From sequence record MN445183.1: a stretch of DNA of 64,000 nucleotides; one strand, given 5' to 3'. The notes under the pieces are model-generated. The model was not told the origin of the DNA. It did not search any database and saw nothing but the letters and a program-made list of their open reading frames with translations. The first letter of the stretch is position 1. Each line of letters begins with the position of its first letter. Position numbers and translations under genes: made by a program. Shown here in pieces: positions 56,272-64,000 of this stretch.

Positions 56272-57996
56272 AGCATCCAGGAAAGTAAACTCAAGATCGT
56301 TTTCAGCGGCGTACGAACGTGCCAGTGTAACCAGGTCCGGTGCTTGGTAAACCATACGCGCAATCTCACCCGCATTGTTAAACCCACCGGCTGCCAAGTT
56401 AACCGCAACTTGACGGTACTGCGTATCATCCAGCCCTTCTATTGCCGTCATCTCAATCCAGGTGGTTTGTTTACCCACGTTCATGATGACGGTGCCAGAC
56501 GGATAGGCCCCTTCTACGTCGATATCGTTCGTACCAGTACGCACATACGACTTGAGGTTCGGTAGCTCTTTAAACATTGGCTTGCCGTTAATCGCCACAA
56601 GCTCTGTTGGCAGCATAACAATCCAACCACCAAGACCTTGCAGATAATCATCAAGGTCAGTACGCATCTTGTCAGACGTGGTACCCCAGATATAACCGTT
56701 ATCCATAACGTCATAATGCATGGCTTCGGCAATACGAGTTGGCTGGGAAGTGAAGTTACGGTATTCAGATACCCCACAGAACGCAGGTACCGCTGCCGCA
56801 AGATCGTTGGTCTTCTCGTCCATCATTTCAACGACGATGCAGTCGAATAAGTTATACACCACATATTCATAACGGTAGTTGGTTTGCATGAATTCGTGCA
56901 GGTCAAGACCGTAGTACCCTTCGGCTTCTTTAAACGCAAGCTTACCGATACCATCCAGCACTTTACTGGCAATGTAGTCAAGCTTGTAGTTCAGCTCTTT
57001 CCCTTTTGCTGTGCGCAGGTAATAATACGCACACATGGAGTCGGCCCAACGGAACGACGCTGGCGCGTTCACATACGGCCACTTCTCATAGTTCGCCAAC
57101 GGACGTTTCTTCTCAGTAACCCCGTCGTTTTTAACCTGGTGTGTTTTACCCTGGTAATATTTCACATGACGGTATTCTTTCGGTACCGATGGATCACAAT
57201 AGACATCCGCTGGGTTAATACCCGCCATTTCTAAACACTGAGTGATAACCTGATAATCAAAGTCCAAGCTGTTCCAGCCGGTTACCCAATCAGGTTTCCA
57301 TTCATGTGCCCTAGCAAACAGTTTAACGAAACCATCCGCAGGGTGGTCTACCAGCTCGTATTCCATTTTCAGATTACGCGCCTGGATGACTTCACCAATG
57401 TGTTTGTGCGCACATTCGTGCAGCTTACGGATAATGGTTTCATCGTCTTCACCCGGGAAGAAGCGACGGACCACGAACGTATAAGAACGGTCCTTAAAGG
57501 ACAACGACGCCATCAACGGCTCACCTTGGTGCTCTTTGCTGACCACGTCGGTTTCGATATCGATTACGCTGACTTTGTACGGTGTCATCCCGATCTCAGG
57601 AAACTTACGATCGTACATGCCTTTAACCACAGACGCCGGACTGATATCCGCGCCATAAACGTACGGGCTGCGACAGATCTGCTTTAACGGTAAGTCGGAC
57701 GCCCCCTTACCTAATGAACGACTGATGTGGTTTGGCAAGTTCCAATACGGTGTAGTGAATTTCTGAAGCTTCTTAATCTCTTCGTAGTCTTTCTTATCCT
57801 GGTGATTACGAAACGCTTCACGAGTTAAGTAATAATCATACGGCATGTCTTTGATTATACGCGTATTGGGTGTCTGTGTTCCATCTGGGTGATGGATCAC
57901 TTCCTTGACAAAAACGATATCAGACTTACCGTTGTAGCTCGGACTGTATACCGCAAACTTACATTCAAACTTAAGCTGATTGGTATTATCGCTCAT
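56266..57996 (-). CDS. polB: Family B DNA polymerase, 3'-5' exonuclease/N-terminal subunit (phiKZ gp82-like)
   Basis: ExoI DIETD, ExoII GWNSLDFD, ExoIII YNLFD, motif A DVEGAYPS. Confidence 0.9.
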   Translation of the reverse strand: MSDNTNQLKFECKFAVYSPSYNGKSDIVFVKEVIHHPDGTQTPNTRIIKDMPYDYYLTREAFRNHQDKKDYEEIKKLQKFTTPYWNLPNHISRSLGKGASDLPLKQICRSPYVYGADISPASVVKGMYDRKFPEIGMTPYKVSVIDIETDVVSKEHQGEPLMASLSFKDRSYTFVVRRFFPGEDDETIIRKLHECAHKHIGEVIQARNLKMEYELVDHPADGFVKLFARAHEWKPDWVTGWNSLDFDYQVITQCLEMAGINPADVYCDPSVPKEYRHVKYYQGKTHQVKNDGVTEKKRPLANYEKWPYVNAPASFRWADSMCAYYYLRTAKGKELNYKLDYIASKVLDGIGKLAFKEAEGYYGLDLHEFMQTNYRYEYVVYNLFDCIVVEMMDEKTNDLAAAVPAFCGVSEYRNFTSQPTRIAEAMHYDVMDNGYIWGTTSDKMRTDLDDYLQGLGGWIVMLPTELVAINGKPMFKELPNLKSYVRTGTNDIDVEGAYPSGTVIMNVGKQTTWIEMTAIEGLDDTQYRQVAVNLAAGGFNNAGEIARMVYQAPDLVTLARSYAAENDLEFTFLDAA

Positions 57997-58094
57997 GTGA
58001 TTTCTAATCCTATGTCAACAAGGGCGGATGTTAATCCCTTTTAAGAAGGCTATAACATCAAGTACCCATTTATCTTTTTACAAAGGAGATTACC

Positions 58095-59351
58095 ATGCTG
58101 CTTGGCAGTGGTTTAGAAGCCATCGCATTCCAACGTACCCGCCCTGTATTTACCTTGCTCACTGCCGAGGTTCAGTCGCTGATGGACAAAATGGTTTCGA
58201 ATAATGAGACCAAACTGACCGATGCACTGTTGAAAGAATCGAAGATCCCAACCATTCTCTCTGCGGCAAGTGGGTTTGATAATATCACTATGGTGGCGGA
58301 CCAATACGCACCTATTAATGCGTACACGAACATTATCACAATCTCTAAGATGCACGTGTTCCATGATAAGTGGCGTCGTCAATTTACGACCAACGCCGAT
58401 GCTTATGCATTATACCGTCAAACCAATAACGTACTGACGGGTCAGATTGATCTGGAGACCGGCCGGGTAAGCGGTGATTTTAGTAAGATTCCATTAACCA
58501 TTGGCTTGGGTAACCAATTCCTGAATCCTAAGTACGGGTTTACGGCTGCCGAGGTTGCGGCAATTCTGTTACACGAACTGGGTCATGACTTCACGTATTG
58601 TTACACGCTACATTATACTTGTACCACTAACATGGTGTTGGCGTTGGCAGCGAAAGCGATTGTGGCAGAAAGTGACAATCGCCAGAAACACGCAATCATG
58701 ACCGATCTTCAGAACACGTTGGGGATCCGTATTGATAACATGGATGAGCTCACCCGCTACGACAAGTACGAAGATTACTATATCACCATGCTGGGTTCAT
58801 ATCGTAAGAAGACTTACGACGCCCTAGGTTCCCCATCTTACAATACTAACATGTCAGAACAAATGGCGGACATGTTTGCCGCACGTCATGGTGGGGGCGC
58901 AGCTATTGTAACTGGCCTTAACCGCATGAACAAACTGTTTACCCCGCCGACCTGGTACCGTGCCATTGAACGCGCACAGGGCATCCTGGCGTTTGTGATG
59001 TTGTCACCAATTACAGTGCCGTTGTTCTTGGTCGGCGTGTTTGTCAACGATTTTGTTTCAGGTACGTATGACCTTGACAAAGATCGTTTCATCCGTATTC
59101 GTAATGAAGCAATCGCTTCCTTAAAAGACCAGTCTTTATCCTCGGATGAAAAGAAAACCATCATGTCAGAAATTGACACGATTAACGAAATCATCAAGAG
59201 CACTGATAACGACTGGTCGTTTGCTGGTAAGGTAGCCATGTTGGTTCGCTCCAGTCAACGCACACAATCGCGCCAAAAGAATTTGCTGCAAGATCTTGAA
59301 GCACTCACCAATAACCCTCTGTATGTTGCTGCTGCAAAATACTCTGTTTAA
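58095..59351 (+). CDS. Virion/head protein with zinc-metalloprotease motif (phiKZ gp84-like)
   Basis: AAGGAG RBS; ILLHELGH plus EQMADMFA; N-terminal GLE maturation site. Confidence 0.7.
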   Translation: MLLGSGLEAIAFQRTRPVFTLLTAEVQSLMDKMVSNNETKLTDALLKESKIPTILSAASGFDNITMVADQYAPINAYTNIITISKMHVFHDKWRRQFTTNADAYALYRQTNNVLTGQIDLETGRVSGDFSKIPLTIGLGNQFLNPKYGFTAAEVAAILLHELGHDFTYCYTLHYTCTTNMVLALAAKAIVAESDNRQKHAIMTDLQNTLGIRIDNMDELTRYDKYEDYYITMLGSYRKKTYDALGSPSYNTNMSEQMADMFAARHGGGAAIVTGLNRMNKLFTPPTWYRAIERAQGILAFVMLSPITVPLFLVGVFVNDFVSGTYDLDKDRFIRIRNEAIASLKDQSLSSDEKKTIMSEIDTINEIIKSTDNDWSFAGKVAMLVRSSQRTQSRQKNLLQDLEALTNNPLYVAAAKYSV

Positions 59352-59362
59352 AGGAAACCACA

Positions 59363-59863
59363 ATGATCGTTTTGAATGCTACTGATGTAAAGAACAACGT
59401 AATCGCTGTCCGCAGCATGTCAGAGATCCCGTCTACCCTGCGTGAAGAACTGGTGGTGTTCGGCCTGGCCCGCCTGATTGCTTTCGGCACTGGTATCCCG
59501 GCTAACCCGGTTGAGAACCCAGTGGCTTTCTTTGCTGAAAACAGCAAGACTGCAAAAGGGATCATTGCCGAAGTTAACGAAGGTACCGTGGTTAACATTA
59601 GCAAAGTGCTGGAGATGGCTGCGGCTATCTATCGTGCTCGCTATGACATGGTTCACTCACCGGTCACCAAGTCTTCTCAACAGCTGGCTATGCAGGCGCT
59701 GATCGGGAACAGCACTTATAACTTCCCACAGGCGATCGCTGACGCACTGGCCGCGTCACAGGACAGTAATGACATGGGTCGTTCCATTGGTTTTGCCCTG
59801 AACATGTTCAGCCTGATCACCACGCCAACCATCGATGTGGCTGAAGAAAACAACGAAGAATAA
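59363..59863 (+). CDS. Putative virion protein
   Basis: AAGGA RBS; in head-protein operon. Confidence 0.65.
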   Translation: MIVLNATDVKNNVIAVRSMSEIPSTLREELVVFGLARLIAFGTGIPANPVENPVAFFAENSKTAKGIIAEVNEGTVVNISKVLEMAAAIYRARYDMVHSPVTKSSQQLAMQALIGNSTYNFPQAIADALAASQDSNDMGRSIGFALNMFSLITTPTIDVAEENNEE

Positions 59864-59872
59864 GGAGCGGTC

Positions 59873-61279
59873 ATGTCTCTCGAAATGATTACTAGCTTCA
59901 TGCAACCTAACGGAGCGCTGCCAAAGTCAGCGTTCACCGTGGTGAAGAAGCCAAACGATGACGTTGAGATTATCACCGATTCAGAAGACAAGGCGGTGCA
60001 GGCATCTCTGGAAGTCATTGGTCGTTTGGTGAACCTGCACAACCGTGTTGCGCGTGACGGGTTGTCTCGTGCTAACGTGGCTGAACTACAAGAGATTGCC
60101 CCAGCTGCTATCCCTGGCGGTTACGGACTCGAAGCCTTTACTGAGATGCCGTCTAACGTCATGATGGCCGCGGGCCTGGAGGGTATCATTAGCCAAACGC
60201 TGGACGGCCTGAAGAAGCTGATCAAGTTCCTCATTGAGAAACTGAAAGCCGGCTTTAACATCCTGGTTGACTCCTACAAGGTACTGACTGGCATTTCTCC
60301 AACAGCGTACAAGTTGGCCAAGCGTCAGGTGATTACCGAGCAGCTCATCAAGAACTGGCACAAGGTAATGACCAACGATCTGGACACCGTGGTACTGGAA
60401 GCGTTGCAGGCAAACAGCTACGACACGGATGGCGCACAGGTTGTTCTGGACGGCTTCTTTAAAGATGCCAGTGCCATTGTGGACAACCTCGGTGGTTTCG
60501 AAATGGTCATCAGTCAGTTGCAACGCGCGGTTGAAGAACTGATGACAGAATCCTCCATGCAGCAAGCCGCGTACAACAGGATGTGGGAGCGTGTTAATCG
60601 CGGTAAAGTCACTGATGACGAGTACCGTGAAATGGCACTTCGTCTGTCCGGCATGATGGAGCCTCCTGCATTCCAGAAAATCAGCGGGCTGCTGGATCAG
60701 CTGGCGAAGAAGGTCGTGGAATCTAAACTGTACAAAGCAGACACCAAAGACGGTAAGCCGATCGTTGATCGTCTGCGCAGTGATAAGTTCCGTGACGTGT
60801 TGGTGGGTCTACAAGATGCTTGTCGTCAGTCCAAGCCTACCGCACTGAAGTCTGTTGAAGCTTACGCCATGGCTAAGCAGCAGAATATCGATGCCACTGT
60901 TGAACAGCTGAAGTTCTTTGATCCGGTAGACCAGAAATCGGCCCGTGAATTCAAACAACAGCTGGATGCTCTGAAGGTGTACGATCGTTTCGTGTCGATC
61001 GACCTCGGTGACGACGAAGGCTTTGAGATCATGTCGACGAAGTTCTTGGAACAACAGAACGACGTGAAGTCTGTTATTGACGTGGTGCGTAACATCACTG
61101 CGAACTATGCCGAGACCGTGTTCAAGATCACTGCCTTCCGTGACCATACTCGTCTGGTTGTGGTGCCGAAGATGGTGGCCAACACTCCGGAAGAGAAGTT
61201 TGCTGAAATGGTTGAAGGGATGACCGATAACCTGCGCAACGATATCCGTGAATGGGCCATGAAGATGGTTAAAATCTAA
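59873..61279 (+). CDS. Internal head protein
   Basis: SLE, GLEAF and GLEG S/A/G-x-E sites typical of substrates of the phiKZ prohead protease. Confidence 0.7.
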   Translation: MSLEMITSFMQPNGALPKSAFTVVKKPNDDVEIITDSEDKAVQASLEVIGRLVNLHNRVARDGLSRANVAELQEIAPAAIPGGYGLEAFTEMPSNVMMAAGLEGIISQTLDGLKKLIKFLIEKLKAGFNILVDSYKVLTGISPTAYKLAKRQVITEQLIKNWHKVMTNDLDTVVLEALQANSYDTDGAQVVLDGFFKDASAIVDNLGGFEMVISQLQRAVEELMTESSMQQAAYNRMWERVNRGKVTDDEYREMALRLSGMMEPPAFQKISGLLDQLAKKVVESKLYKADTKDGKPIVDRLRSDKFRDVLVGLQDACRQSKPTALKSVEAYAMAKQQNIDATVEQLKFFDPVDQKSAREFKQQLDALKVYDRFVSIDLGDDEGFEIMSTKFLEQQNDVKSVIDVVRNITANYAETVFKITAFRDHTRLVVVPKMVANTPEEKFAEMVEGMTDNLRNDIREWAMKMVKI

Positions 61280-61288
61280 GGAGCGTCC

Positions 61289-62548
61289 ATGACCACGTTA
61301 GCAGAATCCATTCGTGAAACGGTTGACCTAACAGACAGCCTAATCACGCTGGTACAACGTGCTGATGTGCTGGAATCTCTTACTACTGAACATACTGAGT
61401 TCGCTTCGTTGTATGAGACGATCCGTAAAAAGATCGTCTTTATTGCGGGGTCAATGGAATCCATTGAAGAGCACGGTATCTCACAAGAGATCGTTGCCAG
61501 CATCCAAACCATGTTGCCAGGTATTGCTCCCGACGTCCCGTTAAACGGTTATACCCGCGCTTTATCTAAGCATAACGTCAACTATGCGCTGGAGTCTTTA
61601 TCCAGCGGTAAGATGGCCTTGCTGTCAGGTTCTGTTGGTGGGGTAATTGCAATCATACTGAAAGCCATTCAATGGTGCATCACTACACTGAAAGCATACC
61701 TGAAGTCACGCCGTGAAATTAATAAAGTAGGGATCGCCGTCACTACCAACGCTAATCGCATTCCAACTATGGAAACACCAGCGGACGTGATGGAACAATT
61801 GGTGCGTTCGAAAGAATTCATCAATGCGGCCAACGGTTATAACTGGTTGATCTCTGTGCGTGATGAAGTTGACGCACCGTTTAAGTTTGACGGCAATGCG
61901 ATGGTAGAGTGGTGGCCTGAGCTTTCTAAAGAAATGGAGTACGAGTTCAAAGCGATTACTGCGATGTACGAAGCTCTGTTAGCGGGCGAAACCTTTAAGC
62001 CTAACGTTTCCAGGGTTAAAGACTCCGCTGCGTTTTATCGCTTCTTTAAAGCATTGCCACAGGGCGTGAAGACCGACGGTAAGCCATGCAGCGTTGACGC
62101 GGCTGTCTCCGATTTTAATCGGGATCCCGCTGTTGCGCTGACTAACCTGAACTCACGTTTAGGCCGCATGTTCATCATTCCACGTATTGATGATAAAGAA
62201 GGCTTAGCTAAGAACTTGTTACGCATTGGTCGTAGCATCGAAACGTACACCAGTATCGATCGTGTGGTTTACGATGCGTTAAACAACCTGGAAACCAACC
62301 GCGCCTTTGACAAACTGCACGGTGATTTTAAGGTGTTCTACCAGAAAGTTCAGTCCCAGCGTTACACTGCACCACAGCAGTATGTGGATGACTTTGTATC
62401 GGTGGTAAACATCTACGCTGATAAGATGAACTGCTATTCTCGTCTGATCACTGTAGTGGCTTATCTGGACGCCATGTCGTTTACAGCCGGCGAAGCAGTT
62501 GGTCTGTTCACCGCGAAGTGGACGGCATTGATGGAAGATCGCGCATAA
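61289..62548 (+). CDS. Internal head protein, paralog of the upstream gene
   Basis: SMES and ALES sites; similar N-terminal propeptide layout. Confidence 0.7.
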   Translation: MTTLAESIRETVDLTDSLITLVQRADVLESLTTEHTEFASLYETIRKKIVFIAGSMESIEEHGISQEIVASIQTMLPGIAPDVPLNGYTRALSKHNVNYALESLSSGKMALLSGSVGGVIAIILKAIQWCITTLKAYLKSRREINKVGIAVTTNANRIPTMETPADVMEQLVRSKEFINAANGYNWLISVRDEVDAPFKFDGNAMVEWWPELSKEMEYEFKAITAMYEALLAGETFKPNVSRVKDSAAFYRFFKALPQGVKTDGKPCSVDAAVSDFNRDPAVALTNLNSRLGRMFIIPRIDDKEGLAKNLLRIGRSIETYTSIDRVVYDALNNLETNRAFDKLHGDFKVFYQKVQSQRYTAPQQYVDDFVSVVNIYADKMNCYSRLITVVAYLDAMSFTAGEAVGLFTAKWTALMEDRA

Positions 62549-62596
62549 AGCACAGAGGGTTCCTCTCCCACTGCGGGAGAGGAACACCTCTTATGC
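62543..62596. terminator. Bidirectional bulged hairpin element
   Basis: GCATAAAGCAC-AGAGG-GTTCCTCTCCC-ACTGC-GGGAGAGGAAC-A-CCTCT-TATGC. Confidence 0.8.
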
Positions 62597-62599
62597 CGA

Positions 62600-64000
62600 T
62601 TATGCGCTCAGGTTGGACTTGGAGTCTTTATGTTTCAGGAAGTTGACGGTGATGTCCTCCATAACGGTTAACCCGCCATTGGATGTCACATCCAGACGTT
62701 TCTTGATCGCACACCGCAGGGTTGGATCCGATACGGTCAGTACCTGAATATCCTGATCAGGACCAAAGCCTGCCACACGAATATCCACGATCTCAGACGT
62801 ACGATACGGTTTCAACTCATCAGTTACATCACTAACCGCAAACGTTTCACGGGACAGGATTTCAGTAATAACCGTTGGGATTGCTTTCTTCAGGTTATCA
62901 CGCAGCGAAGTATTCTTGTAGCCGGTATCGGTGAGATACACGTCGAACGAGAAGCCCACTGCCGCAGAAATCTGTCGTGCTTCTTTGGCGTTAGCAATGA
63001 TGTCAATGACACCCAGCGTTTGTTTCGGACGGAACACCACTTTTGTTTGGTTAAGCAGTTTCTTCGACACATACGGCATGTCATCCCCAACCCATGAAAC
63101 CAGCTGAGTAATGACTTCAGCGATATAGGTGGCATCCAGATTGCTTGTGGAGAAATAGTACGACCCATCCAGCCCCACCACATCAAACTCGTACAATGCA
63201 ACACGCATGTTGAGCGGGATTGGATTGCCTTGGCTATCGTATTTAACATCACCTTTATGGTAACGAATGTACGGCTTGCCTTCCGCATCCAAACGCAAAT
63301 CACCCTTAGCGTGCAACTTGATCGGGTTACCGTCTTTATCAAACACCAGCTGTTGACGATCATCACGTTTCCACTCATCTTCTTCGTAACGCCAGTACAC
63401 GTCTTCCTCGTAGCGTTTAAAGGCCACATCAGACGGAATAGGACGAGAGCGTGTGTACATCATGTCAAGCGCACGGCCAAACTGTAACTGATACTGCTGG
63501 TCCGTTACCACCACGAACTGACGATCGGTGTATACGTTACCCAGCTTCTTATCGCTGTCCGTCAACACCACATCGTTCGGTGACTTACTGCGTGCGATAC
63601 AGTTAAGGATAGTAAATGAACCAGACATCAGCGACTTCAGCTTAGACGGCGCGTTACCAAACTGACCGAACGCAGTTAACACCAATTCGTTCTTATCGGT
63701 AATGTCCATGTTGGACGTCAGACGGAATTCCCACACACGTTCGCGTGATTCGGTGCGACCGATAATCTTACCGTTAAGGTAGGCGTGCGTGGACTCGTCT
63801 TCCGGCAGGAACATCATCTGCATCAGAACGTCTTCATCATCCAGGTTCTTGTAGTAGTCCCCGGATGTGGTGGTGACCGTAAAGGTGTATCCATCCGCCG
63901 TTTTCGCAAACGCGTAGTTGGCAATTCCGGCCTCTACCCCGATGGAGTTGTTCTCATTCAGGAATGAACGGTATTCCACCTTCGGGCGATCCATGTCGTA
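62600..64000 (-). CDS. C-terminal part of a large virion/baseplate protein (phiKZ gp87-like), running off the window
   Basis: Frame is open to the window edge; HAKGD/HKGD repeats. Confidence 0.65.
   Translation of the reverse strand, partial: YDMDRPKVEYRSFLNENNSIGVEAGIANYAFAKTADGYTFTVTTTSGDYYKNLDDEDVLMQMMFLPEDESTHAYLNGKIIGRTESRERVWEFRLTSNMDITDKNELVLTAFGQFGNAPSKLKSLMSGSFTILNCIARSKSPNDVVLTDSDKKLGNVYTDRQFVVVTDQQYQLQFGRALDMMYTRSRPIPSDVAFKRYEEDVYWRYEEDEWKRDDRQQLVFDKDGNPIKLHAKGDLRLDAEGKPYIRYHKGDVKYDSQGNPIPLNMRVALYEFDVVGLDGSYYFSTSNLDATYIAEVITQLVSWVGDDMPYVSKKLLNQTKVVFRPKQTLGVIDIIANAKEARQISAAVGFSFDVYLTDTGYKNTSLRDNLKKAIPTVITEILSRETFAVSDVTDELKPYRTSEIVDIRVAGFGPDQDIQVLTVSDPTLRCAIKKRLDVTSNGGLTVMEDITVNFLKHKDSKSNLSA

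Noticed and set aside
32-58015. Isolated CTATGT/TATG sites upstream of late genes (33, 46128, 53486, 58009) as late promoters
   Set aside because: They match the phiKZ TATG consensus, but a 4-mer is too common to call without TSS data.
1-64000. tRNA, rRNA or CRISPR loci
   Set aside because: No cloverleaf, rRNA-like segment or regular repeat-spacer array was seen by eye; tRNAscan-SE, Infernal or CRISPRCasFinder would be the definitive check.

Overview
This window is from a nucleus-forming (phiKZ-like, Chimalliviridae) jumbo phage. The core genes follow phiKZ order: DNA polymerase palm subunit, chimallin, nvRNAP beta'-N, SbcD, ChmC, the gp68 sigma-like subunit, PicA, a gp70-like gene, nvRNAP beta and beta'-C, an SF2 helicase, vRNAP beta'-middle, the polymerase exonuclease subunit, and head/baseplate proteins. 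Accessory blocks of orphan ORFs lie between them. phiKZ gene numbers are assigned from motifs and synteny from memory, not from a database search. The strongest find is the SF2 helicase, broken at its Walker A motif exactly where a class-3 LAGLIDADG intein is inserted. A lambda-type slippery heptamer (G GGA AAG, 31873-31879), a 5-nt spacer and a perfect 10-bp stem formed by the intein's own first nucleotides suggest a -1 frameshift-gated intein; a one-base sequencing error is the main alternative. Other highlights: a second candidate -1 frameshift in a tail-chaperone-like gene pair, an RNAP-beta fragment inside an orphan ORF, an Acb4-like sponge, a family of GCATAA/TTATGC bulged hairpins, and a 16-nt promoter motif found 8 times. 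No tRNA, rRNA or CRISPR array was seen.
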